Source: the human T2T-CHM13v2.0 reference genome, Homo sapiens
Direction: 5' to 3' (one strand)
Assembly (NCBI RefSeq): GCF_009914755.1
Contig: NC_060928.1
DNA: 64,000 nt
Below are positions 26,120-44,575 of the stretch, in pieces. The translations under genes were made by a program, and so were the position numbers. The stretch's first letter is position 1; each line of letters begins with the position of its first letter. Below the pieces are notes generated by a model. The model was not told the DNA's origin and did not search any database. It saw only the letters and a list, made by a program, of their open reading frames with translations.

Positions 26120-28090
26120 AGTTTCAACTTAGCCCTGCAAAGGCCTGGAAATTATCACTCCCAATCTTACAACAAGAAAAAAAAAATACTGAACAAACTA
26201 AAGATCAGCATCTTGTCCTGAAAACAGAAGTTACAGGGCAAACCATCCCTCTGAAATCTAGAGAGAAAAAAAGAATTCAGAGTCACAGTTAAGAATGGCT
26301 TACGTACAGAGGCTACTGGGAACATAAACTGGTAGGAGCACTTAAATTGTAATTTTGAAAGATAGCTGGAAACTGTATGTAGACAGTGTGAGAGTTATAA
26401 ACTCCTGGAGCCACAGTTTTATGGCAGGACCTCAATTTCATGAGTTTTGCCTACAGGAACACTACCATGTTATCATGGTGAAAATAGAATAAAGATCCCC
26501 TCCTGCTTCTGTACGTGGGAGGGGAAGAGCAGTCATTGTGAAGTATGCCCATGCATTTACCCTAACAAAGACTTGCTGTTTGTCTCTTTAACCTCCTCTA
26601 CCTTTCTTTCTTATATCATTCTTATATCATCTGAGGAAGGGAAGCTAAGAAACACTTGTGAGTTTACAGTACAGGGACATAGGTCCACCAAAAAAACTAA
26701 GATTTAATTATATAATTTTAGAATGCTCCTGCTTCCTCAATTCTTACCACCACACCAACAAGCTTTCATTGTAATAACAGTGAATTATAGCTGAAAAAGC
26801 TGCAAGACACACATTCTCTCTAAAGAGATATACAAACTCAAAATCAATGGATAAGGCAACAAGAACACTAGGGGAATTTGAAGCCTCCAATAACTACATC
26901 TACAGCAATATAAAACATGTTCAACTCTTTGCCAGATTAACTTAAAACTTCATTTAAAAACTAAAGCCCTGTATACTCAATTTCCTATTACCTAACTCAT
27001 CTTGTATAACTAACAACAACAACAACGACAACAACAACAACAATCACAAGCCATGCTAAAAGGCAAGAAAATAAACAGTCTGAATAGAAAAAGCATGCAT
27101 CAAAAGCTGACTCAGATATGGCAGAGATTTTGGTTATTGGGCAGGGTTTAAAATGATTTAAACCCTATGATTATGTTAAGGGCTCTCCTGGAAACAGTAG
27201 ACAGCACATAAGGAAAGATGGATAATGTAAACAGAGAGATGAAACTTTTAAGAAAGAATCAAAAGGAAATGCTAGAAATGAAAGAATCTGTGATAGAAAT
27301 GAAGAATGTCTTTGATGGGCATTACACCAGTAGACTGGAAACAGATTAAAAAAAAAAAAAAGGCAGTGAGCTTAATGATAGGTGAACAGAAATTTCCCAA
27401 ACTAAAATCTAAGTTTATGTGTGTGTGTGTGTGTATAATTATATATATGCACATTATATATATATACACATATATATATATATAGAGAGAGAGAGAGAAA
27501 TTTCAAACCAAACATCCAAGAACTATGAGACAATTTCAAAAGGCATATCACATGTGCAATTGGAATACCATAGTAGAAGAAAGACAGGAAAGTAGAAATA
27601 TTGATATATTCATGGCTAAGAACATCCCCAAATTGGTGATACATACCAAACCAGAAATCCAGGAAGCTCAGATAATATCAATTAGGATAATACCAACAAA
27701 AGTATACTTATATTTAAACTGTAGAAAACCAAAAGTAAAAGAAACTTTAAAGAAGGCGGGTGCAGGATGAAGAGCCTGACCTACAGAGAAACAAGAATGA
27801 GTGGCCTTCTCACTGGAAACCATGAAAGCAAGAAGATAGTGCAGTATATTTTAAGTGTTTTAATAGAAAATACACACCAACCTAGAATTTTATATTTAGT
27901 GAAATTACCCTTCAAAACTGAAAGAGAAATAAGTACTTTCTCAGACAAACAAAAAGTAAGGAAATACATCACCATCAGACCTGCCCTATGATAAATGTCG
28001 AAAAAAAATTATTCAGTGAGAAGGAAAATGACATAGGTGAGACATGGACTTACATAAATAAATAAAGACCATCAAGAGAAGGAACAAATG
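26120..28090 (+). mobile_element. Old L1M (L1MC/L1MD-type) 5' UTR and ORF1 remnant
   Basis: ORF 27767-27991 ends QPRILYLVKLPFKTEREISTFSDKQKVRKYITIRPAL, the L1 ORF1p C-terminus. Contains (CAA)n at ~27012-27042. Confidence 0.8.
27416..27498. repeat. Compound (TG)n(TA)n(GA)n microsatellite
   Basis: Directly visible. Confidence 0.9.
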
Positions 28091-28689
28091 ATATCTGAAA
28101 GGGTAAAAAAAAAAACCTATTTTCCCTTTGAAATATCTTATATGAATGACGGTAAATGACTGCCAGTCATGAAAGAGCTAGTAGTTCAACCTTTTACCAC
28201 AGAACAAGGCAAAACAGTAGACTAAATCTGCTTGTCAAAACAGATAGTATTTACACTCAACACGTGTCTATTTACAAGAATTGTACTAAGGTAGTGCTAT
28301 AGGTGTGATTACTGACAGTGGACTTTTACAATTTGAGATCACAATGGAAACACATGAAATGTACATAATATCAATGAAACATATACTTAAAAAGATCCCT
28401 AAACAAGGTAAAATTTCACAGCAGTAGAAAGCAGAATTTAGTGCATAAATGAGTGGTTAGAAAATAAAAGTAGGGAAAAGATGCTTATAATCAGGTAGGC
28501 CACTTGAAGGAAATGAAATTCTCTATGATCAATTTCAGAACTTAAATAATAAAGCAAAAGTGATAGACAAATGATGAATGAGAAACCAGGCAGAGTGATA
28601 GTTATCACATTGTTTAAATGGTTTGTGAATCTACAGATTCTTTCTTCTCATCCAATTTACAAATATAGATAATTTTTTATAACAGTATA

Positions 28690-29071
28690 CAGGTGATCCT
28701 TGAACAACACAGGCTTGCCCTGTGCAAGTTCACTTATAGGTAGATTTTCTTCCACTTTTGACACTCCTGAGACAGCAAAACCAATCCCTCCTCTTCCTTC
28801 TCCTCAGCATATTCTATGTGAGGACAGTGAGGAAGAAGACCTTTATGATAATCCATTTTCACTTAATGAATAGTAAATATATTTTCTTTACCTTATACTT
28901 TTCTTACTAACATTTTCTGTTCTCTAGCTTACTATACTCTATGAATACAGGATATGATACATATACAAAATATGCATTAATTAACTCTTTATGTTATTGG
29001 TAAGGCTTCCAGACAAAAGTAGGCTATTAGTAGTTAAGTTTTGGGGAGGCAAAAAGTTGTACATGGATTTT
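28690..29071 (+). mobile_element. Tigger2a DNA transposon, left part
   Basis: TA followed by TIR 'caggtgatccttgaacaac'; body 'ctgagacagcaa...gacctttatgat...cacttaatgaatagtaaatat...aggctattagtagttaagtt'. Confidence 0.85.
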
Positions 29072-30969
<1,898 letters not shown>

Positions 30970-31036
30970 TGTATGTGGATTTTTGACTACACAGAGAGTT
31001 TGCTCTCTTAACCCCAAGTTGTTCAAAGGTCCACTG
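30970..31036 (+). mobile_element. Tigger2a right end with TIR
   Basis: '...ccaagttgttcaaaggtccactg' followed by TA, complementary to the left TIR at 28690. Confidence 0.85.
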
Positions 31037-31279
31037 TATTCCGAAAATTATATTGTATGCTTAATTTATGAAAAAAAGAAGGGACAAACAACAAACATTG
31101 AGTTTTTATTTCCAATTTAAGATGTAGAGATAATTTCTAGTTTTATTACTTGTTTATTTCAACATTATTTTTCCATAAAAGAATGAAGAGAGAAGGACTA
31201 ACCCATTTAATATTTTGTGGAAGGTCCTACAGCTTGAAATCTTGAAATAGAAAATTTTAAAAGAGCATAAGAAAAATGC

Positions 31280-32680
31280 AAATGCATGTTCTTTAAATCA
31301 ATAACTAAAATAGATAAAACACTCATGAACCTAATGATAGAAAAAAAAGGAGAATAGATAAAATTAGAAAACAGGAAGTAGAGGCAAACTAAAAGAAAAG
31401 AAAATCCAGAAACTGTAAGAGAAAACTACCTGTAACCTCAATAAAAAATAATTTAAAACCTAAAGAAATGAAAACTTTTTAAACCCAAATATGAATTGCC
31501 AAAATTTCATTAAGAAGAAATGAAAAAGCATGACATTCCAATTATCATAAGAAAAAATAAATAAGGTTTAAAGTGAAATATTATTTTTAAAAAAGTTCAC
31601 AGTTGAATCTAATCTACCATTTCTAGAATATTGTTTCAATTCTCTAAATCATAGGAAACATATAAGAAGATGGAAAGTTTTTTATGGAAAGTTTTTTAGT
31701 TTGTTTCATGAAGCCAGCATTATATGTTTACATCAGTTAAGGAGAAAAAGGCATTTAATAAAACTGAAATGTCATTTTTAACAAAAGAACTAAACAAAAT
31801 AAGAACAAATGCTATTTAAATCTAATAAAGTCTAACAAAATTGAACAGCAAATACCATTTTAAATAGAGAAACACTAAAATAATTAGGTTAAAACAATAA
31901 TGTCCTTTATCATCATTGATATTACTACTCTTTGGAGGTTCTAATAAATGCTATAAATAAATAAAACAAATGATTGGCTAAATTATCAGAAAAAAATAGA
32001 ATAAACTATCTTTCTCTGTTGCTGATAGGATTTTATGCTTTGAAAGCCCAAATATGCTACTTTAAGAATTCTAATTAATAATAGAATTCTGTGTGAGCAT
32101 TTGGATCCAATACCTTTTCTCCATAACCATTAAGCACATAGAAATATAAATAGAAAAAAAAGTTCCACTAAAAATAGAGACCAAAAAAAGTATGTATATT
32201 AGACGCAAATGACTTTTTAAAAAGGGACAGCATTAATATGAAGAAAAATACAGTATTTGTTGAAAACCTTAAAACATGATCTTAGCCAACGGGAAGACAA
32301 AATATTCTTTATCCTTCCTGAATAAAAATCCAAAATAAGAAAAATCTTAGTTGTACCAAAATAAATATATAAATTTAATACAATTCAATTTATTGGATCT
32401 GAAAAAGTACCTGAAAGTTGAAATATACATATAAAAATTCTAACAGAACCATATGAAAAATATGAACAGCAAGGTAGTACTTTATAGAAATCAGATAATA
32501 GAATAGAGAAACAAAATAGATCATTACTGTTTTTATTACTTAAAATATAACACATTTATTTTAATTCAGTGTGAAACATATTTAACATATGTAGATAGAT
32601 CAAAATTCACTAGGAAGAAAATAAAATTGGATCAATATTTTACATCATATCCAAAAATAGATTCCATAAAAAGTTTTAAT
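31280..32680 (+). mobile_element. Highly decayed L1M(E) ORF2 remnant
   Basis: A-rich, with L1 ORF2 landmarks 'aaaatagataaaacact', 'catgaagccagcatta', 'gctgataggatttta' and 'ccaaaaatagattcca'. Confidence 0.65.
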
Positions 32681-33880
32681 TAGGGCAGTATTAGTTGTTA
32701 GTTGTCTTGGTGGCATATCTACCAATTAGTGTAGACTGGATTAACGAATATGCCAAGATTTCTGAATAATATATCATTTTTATAAAGAGTGACTAAACCT
32801 TTCTCCCCAGCACTACATAACTATGTCTGTGGGTGAGTGTAGGTGTGGGTATGTGGGAGTATACAAATACACATTTGGAAAAGGAACGCCAAACAAAAGA
32901 GAAAAGTAACGAAACATGGGCCCTCTTTCTCATTAAAATACTAGTTTATGAAATAAGTTATACATAAATATTAACATATAATTATATGTATGTTTTAAAA
33001 ATATGTGCTTTCAGATCACATTGGCAGTTGTGTTTGTATAATCAATATCATCTTTTAACTTTTTGGTATTACGTATTATTTTACATGCCTGGTCTCCTTT
33101 TCCTATAGTTCTGCTGCATCTGGTATATGTTGTCAGCATCCTGTTTACCTTTTATAGTGGTTGTATTCTATACAGATAATTAGTTATTGACCTTGACCTT
33201 CTCTTCTCTGGAGTTTGGATTTATCGTATCTGGTAATGTGTGTATAGAGAGGAGCAAAGTCGAGGCCCTGCCCATATCCCTCCTGGTGAGTGAGAGAAGG
33301 ACACGATGGGCTCTGGCATGGAAAAACACAGGCATCTCAGAACCATCACTGTGTATCCTTGTATGCTACCCCTCCACCAACTACTTCTCTCTTCAAAATT
33401 GATTTTCAAAGTTTCCAAAAGGAGCAGTGTGTAAGGAGAAAATGACTTTTAGAATACCACCTGCCAGCCCTGAGAGTTTAAAGAGATAATTTAGAGAAAA
33501 GGATGGCTAAGACAACTGGTCAACCTGTGTTTCCATTCATCATCTTACCACAGCAGTGTTTAGAATTGCCATGGTATCACCCCACCGGCACCTAGTGATC
33601 TGCAGGTTGATACTATTTTAAATCCCATAGTTAGCATGGGAACAGACAGTGACTCTTCAGGTCAATGAGAGGATGAGATAAAGATAGAGTTAAAAATCAC
33701 TTCCTCAACCCATCTTCTCCAAAAAAATGCACAAACTAGTTCCTAACCGCCTGGAGTTTCCCTAGGATTTGGTCATTGTGTGTTTATGGTTTGTTTTATA
33801 CATCTCTTGAACCACAGTTATCCATTTTAGTGTTATATTTTTCTGAGGTTAATTTTGCTTTTCTGATCATGAATATCCAT

Positions 33881-34253
33881 TGATATGGTTTGGCTCTGTG
33901 TCACCACCCAAATCTCATCTTGAATTGTAATCCCCATAAACCCCACATATGGAGGGAGGAGCCAGGTGGGAACTGATTGTATCATGGGAGCCGTTTCCCT
34001 CATGCTGTTCCCATGATAGTGAGTTCTCACAAGATCTGATGGTTGTGTAAGGCAGTTTTCCCTGCTCTTGCTTGCTTCTCTCTTCTGCCACCATGTGGAG
34101 AAATTCCTTGCTTCTCTTTCACCTTCTTCCATAATTGTATGTTCCTGAGGCTTCCTCAGCTATGTGGAATTGTGGGTCAATTAAACCTCTTTCCTTTATA
34201 AATTACCCAGTCTCATGTATTTCTTTATTGCAGTATGAAAACGGACTAACACA
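33881..34253 (+). mobile_element. THE1 (THE1D-like) MaLR solo LTR
   Basis: TG...CA termini with 5-bp TSD 'tccat' at 33876-33880 and 34254-34258; canonical THE1 body. Confidence 0.93.
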
Positions 34254-37200
34254 TCCATTATTTCATTATCAGCATTAAGTATTTTGAATAATGGTATAAT
34301 TTTGGAACACAGAAAATGTCTTGGTCACTTGCTTGAAAAAAGTTGCATGTGTATACGTCCTCTATTATAATTATGGATGTGTGTGTGTTTTTGAGTGCAG
34401 GACATTATTTGATGTTTTGCATAATATCGTTAGTTGCAAAATACTAGTATTTGATGTTTTGCATATCAGTGAACTTAGGTTGTAATCTGAGGCAGCTTTT
34501 GTTTTTACTTTTCTTGGATTTTGCATTTCTAGCATTTTCCGTTTGCTTGTCCCATGCTGATGCACTTCACTGGAGCTGGCTGTATGTAGTTTTTTACTCT
34601 GAGCTGCCCAATTGATGTACTTCCTGCTGATATTACTCTGTTGTCAGAAATCTCACATTAGCTTACTAACCACTAGAGTACTGGCCTTTGGCTGTATTGT
34701 CTGTAGAGATGCCAGGTGGCCATGCAATCGGCATTAATGTGTGATATAGTCCATTAGCCTCGAGTCTTTCTGAGGTTAGCTGAATGTTCCAGGCAGACTT
34801 TAAACAAAACACATTTATTGACTGAGTGCAGAACTTTATTGCCTGAATCACTGTTGAACTGCCCTTGAACATTTTTATTTGTTAATGTACTTACTCATTT
34901 TTACTCTTTACATACTGTTGATTTCAGCATATTTTATAATCTGTGAATATTATATTTGGTTACATAGTATTCTCACTTGTAAAATATTCTATATTAAATC
35001 AGGAATCATTACATGTGCTTCCTATTTTCTTTTGATGTAGAACTACAGGAATTTAAGAAATTATAGAAAATTTAACTATACTCACAAAGAGAAGTGAAAT
35101 GCAAACAGAATAATCATCTATATTATTTAGCTGAAGGCCTCTAAATTTCAGGCAGAATATTTGGGGTAGGAAATAATATGAATGTAGTAAATTGGTACAC
35201 CACATTAATATATAGATGTAATAATGTTTACTTAATAATTTTAAGAAGATTGTGGAATTGGTCTTTAGTAATATGATTTTCCAAATTCCTTTTAAAAAAA
35301 TTTACATTTATGAGTCTCTGAAAAGCTTCCTATTTTCTGTAATTCTATTGCCTCTTGGTATAAACATGTGTTTAAATCTATAGTTACATTTCATGTGTCA
35401 TATATTTTCTATGTTCACAGAGAGAGATTCTGTTTTTTATGTAGATGATGACTTTAAGAAAAATTAAACACAATCTTATAGGATCTTCTGGGATAATGAT
35501 TGCTGACTACTGATAATCTAAAAACCAGATCCTCAAGGAGAAAAATATAAAACCATATGAGCTAAAACTCAATCCAGTTCTATAGCAAAATTCAAACAAA
35601 AATCAATGAGTACTACAAATTCTTTCTATGTAAGTGGGGAAAAATTTTACACCATAAGATCCATCCCTGAAACCCATGAAAAATATGGTGGAGACTATAC
35701 GGCAAAGAAAACTTTTATCAAGACCCTAAACATTTTGAAATACAGATAAAATTACCTTCAAAGTCAGAGCATCTCACTCTACATGAGAAAATACTGAGAA
35801 CAGGGCTGACACGAGGTGGATTTTAAAATGGGATGCTGGAAAACCAAATGAGAGGAACTTAAGAGGATGCAGGACCTGAGGAGGCAACCTTAGGGGGACC
35901 ACTTCCAAGAGAAAGAAAGTGATTTGGAGGGGACATACAACCTTTGTGGCTAGGTTGCAAGGTAGAAAAAAAATATGTAAGATACGTCCAGGGATAAGGG
36001 GACAAAAACTAATCACTCTCTGAAATCAATAAAGAATCACAATAATTATTTTTAAAAACTCTCTTCACTAAAAAGGTGAAAATGATTAATGAAAGTGCAG
36101 CAGCCAATATTAAGAAACAAAGTTACTCTCAAAATATGAAGCCAACTCAGACACCCAAAACTATTAACCCTGCCTGCTTAGAATCACTTCTTATTGTTCA
36201 GTATCTGCAAATAAACAGAAAATTTCTGACAAAACCTCTATAAAACACAAGAAGAAAAGAGAAAATGACAATAAACATTTCTGTGATAAAAATCATCCTG
36301 ATACCATTACACACACACAAAGCAATATGAAGCAAAGGAAAAGCCCAACAGAATGCCTCAAACAATCCTTAAAGAAGTATTTGTAGAAATAAGTTAAATT
36401 GCATTGCATCCAGAATTAGGCACAGAAAATAAAAAATGATAGAAATGAGAAATATATCACAAATGATATATCAGGTAAAAATGAAAGTAAAGAAAAAATA
36501 AATTGAGAAATGATTACAAATTTGCTCAAGTGAGAATAATTTTCATTAAAGCATTATACAGTTTATTAAAGCCAATATTTAAAACATAATAAAGTGCAAT
36601 AAATTACATATTGATGAACATGCCTTAATGAACAAAAATAAAAATAAAATAAAATTTAAAAATTTAATAAAGAAGTAAAATGATGTTCATAGAGAAACTG
36701 ATAGAGGTAAAAGAACAAAAAGATACAACATTCATATATTTATTAAAGTTTCTGAAGAGTTAAAACAAAAAAGAAACCGAACTAATTGTTAATAATTCAA
36801 GAAATTTTCCCCAAATAAAAGAGAAGTTGAATTTATATATTGACAGTAATCGTATACACCTGGCAAACTTTTTCACAACAGTCAATTTCTTGGCACACCC
36901 AAATAAAATTAATGGACTTTAATATGAAAAAAAAAATTCCTCTGATTGTGTTGTCAAACAAGTCACTTACCTGAGAGAGAATTGGTCTGGCATCAGATTT
37001 GTTCATAGCAATATAGAAAGAAGGGCAGGTTGAACAACATTTTCAAGAAACTCAATGAAAGAAAGTACAAGGCAGACATTTAATATCCAAACAGGCCACT
37101 TCACATATTAAGGCAAAATAAAACTTTTAAGTGTGCAAGAATTTAGGTAATTCTGTACTCATTAAGTCTTTCTTATGAATCTAGAAAAAGAGGACCGCCA

Positions 37201-37488
37201 ACAACCAAGAAATTACTGGGAAAATGTAAGATAACTACTGGTGAACTGCGAACATATCTAAGACTCAAAAAGTAAGAAGACGGCCAACAAGGGAGTTAAA
37301 TGAAATGTTTTATGTTCTACCATAGTACACAACTGGAAAAGATTAAAGAAGAGAATGAGCAAATAAAAGAGGGGAAATAAAATAATATCATTGACTGTCT
37401 TCTGGTTGCAAATAAAGATTATGTTTTAAAGCTCCCACAGCAAACAGTGCAGGCCTTAGCAAGAAAAGTGTGATCAAAAGACATTATA

Positions 37489-38106
<618 letters not shown>

Positions 38107-41100
38107 TTAGAGCAGAAATTGTAGCTTCCTGAAAACCAAAAGTAACACAAAAAGGAGCAAAGAAAATATACACATAAAAGAAAAATAGAAATAATAAATG
38201 CAAATGAAATATTATCAAGCTGAGTCCAAACAAATCGGCAATATCAATGTGTAAATTTAACTTAACTATTAGAAAAACAAAATGCATAGATTGTCACACA
38301 AAGTAAAATCCAGCTCCAAACTATATGTAAAAAACACACAAAGAATGATAAAATTAAGAAAGTCTTAAAAAGGAAGGCATGGACAAATGTATGTTAGAAA
38401 ATGCAAATTATGAGAAAGCAGGGGTTGTGATCCTGATATTATTCAAGGTAGATTCTGGGATAAAGCTTAACATGTAGCAAATGACGACACTTTATAACAG
38501 TCTCAACTCTCAATGTAAGCAAAGCCGTTTTGAATATCTCTGCATCCAATAAGGCAGAAACCACCTAAAGTGGAAACTACAAAAAACAGAAGCAGCAATA
38601 GACTGAAATACACTATTATCACAGGACGTTAACACATCACTGAGTCAAGTGGGCAAAAAATAAGAGTATTATAATTTAATTTGTATGAATATATATCACA
38701 CTTTCCAAGGTGATAATAAAGAATATACTCTCTCAAGCTTACATGGAACATCCAATGATCAAATATAAGGTAAAAAAACAAAATTTCAATGAGTTTCAAA
38801 ATGCAGATGTAACACTGGTAGCACTTTCTGATTACAGTTCAAAAAACTAGAAATTAATATCAAATTAAAAAGGACAAAGTCATTTTACGTAGAAATTTAA
38901 AAATTCTTAATCTGTTCATAGCTGAAGGAGAATTAGAAACCAAAAAAAAAGAGAATTAGAAACCAAACACTTACAGTATTTATATTAAAACTGACAATTA
39001 AAACATGTGATATCAAAACATACAAGTTAAAGTTTAAGCCATGAGTTGAAGAAAAATCATAGCATTTTATTATCCATATAAACACATATTAATAAAAGTA
39101 AAATAAGAAAAATGAATGAAAAATATTCTCAAATAAAATAAGAAACAGTCAACCTAAATAGAACGTAAGTAGGGAAGTAATATAGGTAAAAGCAGAAATT
39201 AAGACTGCCAGGAAAAAATAAAGGCAGTAGCTAAGGAATACGTGTGTGTGTGTGTATTTATTTATAGTAGGTCTATGTAATATGCAAATCATTGCCAAAT
39301 CTTTGAAAGCAAAACAGAAGAAACTAGAAATTTACAGAACAATACATGCTAAGGAAAAAATAAAATATATATAAAGAGAGTATATTAGTAATTTTATGAC
39401 CACTTTGCATAACTATGAAAATGAACTTCAAATCTAGATAAACAATGTCTTGAGAAAATAACATTAACAAAAATTGATTACAGTAGAAGTGGTTTAAACA
39501 GGTAAATTTCTATGTAAGAAATAAAAAAAGGAAAGCTTAATTCTTTTCATTGAGACGGTAAAATGTTTACATCTAAACCTGTTGAAGACAATGCAATAAA
39601 AGAAAATTACAGACTGATCTCGCTGATAAATATGGATGCAAAACTTCTAAATAAATAGAATCTAGCAGAATATTAAAAATAATATACGATGACCAAGTGG
39701 AGTTTATTCCAGAAATTTTTGCATGGTTCAGTATTAGAAAATACATTCATGTATTTACCCGTTATAGTAGATCTAAGGAGAAAAATCATATTATCTCTAA
39801 AGATACAAAAAAACCTGTAAGTTTTATTAACATTATTAATATTAATTTACAAACATATATTGTACATATATACATACATATGTGGAGAGCTAGAGAGATA
39901 AAGTAGGATAATGGTAATAGTTGATAATTTTAGAGTAAAGAGCATGAGATTGATTATATTTCACACTTTCAACATTTCCGTTACTTTGAAATTTTAAAAA
40001 ATTAGGGTGAATCCTACAAACATTTTCAAAAACCTCAGGCTAGATTCAACTCAATGGAAGGCAACTCTAACATAGCAGAGGCATTGCTTGTTTAATCTGT
40101 GTTCCCCAGAAAATTTCCAGGAAAAAGAAGTTTTTCTTTTAACATGTCAGTGAAAAATTCACGGAATCAAGACTATTGAGAAGCACTTTGGCTGAAACAT
40201 TCTCAAAATGCATCAATCTTTCTGCATTTGGGTTGCTACAGATTATCTCAGTAAATTAAACTAGCCTCAGATGACGGATTTAACTGGCAAATCCAGCTAA
40301 CAACCAGGAGTAAACATAATATTGAACATCAGTATGTTTCACAATCAAAACATGAAACACATGTCCCACACTAGGTTATGATGTTCCAAAAGTGGATAGG
40401 ATTAAAGACATTTTTTAACTAAAAAGGAATTACAAATATAAAAGGTAAACTAACAAAATAGACACATGAAACAGAAGAATTACCCCATGGTCTGCTTTAC
40501 ATATATAATAACTCAGTATGTTGTAATGTCATAAAAGGAAATTATTTGTAATTTAAGTTAAATCATTTATCAATTTTTTCCTTGATTTTTATATGATTTC
40601 ATATAATTTTGTGTAATTCAAATTTGTAAAATAAGAAGTGAGATTACAAACACTGAAATAATATCAGAACATAATATTCCTACTTTTATGTATAGGTTTA
40701 CCATTTGTCTCTCATTATCTTTCTGTTTCTATTTATGCTTACTTCCCTACTGTATCTGTGTAGTTATCATTCTCTACATGAAGAGCCAACATTTGTATTA
40801 CAATTAATAGAAACTTAAGTAATATACTTGGAGAAAAATGTGATTTATTCTTATTCGTCTAAAAGTAGAAAAGAAAAAGGAAAAGATGAGAAATTACATT
40901 GTCAGTGGGATAGAAAAGGGTCATGGGAGGGAAACTGGTCATACAAAATCCTGAGGACAGCTGATTAAATAAAATCTCTTCAGTTTAATCCATTGTCCTC
41001 CTATGCTCACTTTTAAGGATGAGAGAAATCGGTCTCTTGTTAGAAACCATTTGCCATGTGACATGGCTGGGTTTAAGTACTATTCTTTCACTCACGCGTT

Positions 41101-41145
41101 TTTAAGCTCACATATTGTCATTTTCTTAATAGTATTTTTATAATT

Positions 41146-42850
<1,705 letters not shown>

Positions 42851-42854
<4 letters not shown>

Positions 42855-43005
42855 CTAATGGGAAAACCACCAGACTGGGAGTTACAGAATCAGGTGGCTA
42901 GTTCTGGCTCTGAAATGAATTACTGTTATTAAGAACTCAGTCATTTCATTTATCTTGCCTTACTTATATCTGACAGAATTTTAAGTAAGAGACAATGGAT
43001 GAGAC
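42851..43005 (+). mobile_element. MIR (MIR3/MIRc-like) fragment
   Basis: 'ggtctaatgggaaaaccaccagactgggagt...ctagttctggctctg...cagtcattt' follows the MIR 5' half. Confidence 0.55.
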
Positions 43006-44394
43006 TGTATGTACATGAAATTTTGGATTCCAATAGAAATAATTCAGTGATTTCAAAAGAAATTAATTTTGAAGTAAATGATGTAAACACTTTTTTAAGA
43101 CACTGGCTAAGTATCAAGTATGTGAATACAATTTGTTAAGAAAATATATTTTAATGTTTATTTTTTCATGTATTTTATAGTTTATTCATATTCTATCCTT
43201 TATAAGGAACAGTAAAGGGTATTAAGAATAAAATACATTATTTTTTGTTATTTCTGTTGATCAAAGGAAAAACTTACAATGAATAGTTACATTGATAAAA
43301 TATATGATATAAAATTTTTATCTAATGCAATTATTGAGCTATGAATCTTGATTCACTATCCCATGTATTTAATTTATTAAAATAATAATAAAAATAAATC
43401 CATACATTTGGAATTTCTGAAATGAAACTTTCTGCCATTTAATTACATCTTTCAAAGGACTATAATCTCTTAATCACCATGAGCTTCTCTTTTATCCTAG
43501 TAACTGGCATTCATGCACATTGCATTCACATTACACTTTTCATGTCGAAAGTAAGGCTGACTGCTGAATTAGAGGCTTTTCAAAAGTAAAGCTTCTGCTC
43601 TTTCATTTGATGATATATGAATCACATTGAATATCCCATCAAATATCACCCTTTGATGGGGTTAATCTATATGTTAATGGTTTTCCTATTTTTTGTGTGA
43701 TTTCTTGGCTTTTTCATTTATTGAATTCATTGTATTTGTGCAGTTTATATTGTTTAAAAGAAAATTTGCAAGTCAGTAAGAGGACAGCATGCTCTTTGAT
43801 GACAGGGAAATTTTATACTGTAAAATTTGTGTTTAAATGATATATTCAAATTAGTTTAAAATGCTCCTTTGAAAGGGGATTTGTTTGTAACAGAAAGACT
43901 TCTGACAGAAATTGCAAACAGATCATGATGGGGACAGACAGGAAGAGTAAATACATTGTATAAAACTACTGCATAAGAAGAACTCTATAGTGTTTTATTT
44001 TAACATTCACAGAGAGAAACAAACTCAGAGGTTTTAGTTCAAATATATAGGTCGCAGGCTGTATTATAAACACAACTCTACATTCAGAGTACTGAAGCTT
44101 CAGAGGTTGTCCAAAATTACCCCACAGCTGGACAGATACAAGGAAGACACTAAAATGTAAGGTAGCAAATATAGCTTCTGGGCCATTAGGAAGAACCTCC
44201 TCTTCTTGGAAGCTTGTGATGTAATATTGGCACAGAGTTAATGAGAAAATGAGACATAAGAAAATGAACTGAGTCACAGGGACTTATCAGGAATTTAATC
44301 ACTGGAACTCAAGGCAGCTCTTTATCTTATAAATAAAGAACATAGATTATACAACACAAACCTGAATTTACTCTGCACTTCATTTCTATCTATC

Positions 44395-44575
44395 TGTGTA
44401 CTCTCTTGGTTGAGCTAGTTTTAAATTTCCTATGCCTCAGTTTCCACATCTATAAAATAAGGATAATATGTCTATGTAATAAGTTTTTAATATGTGCAGA
44501 CTAAATGAGGTGATGCATATTAAGTGCTTAACACAGTTGTTTGGACAATTAATTACAACGAATATTATCATTATT
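44395..44575 (+). mobile_element. MIRb-like SINE
   Basis: 'tgcctcagtttccacatctataaaataaggataata...aaatgaggtgatgcatattaagtgcttaacacagt'. Confidence 0.8.
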
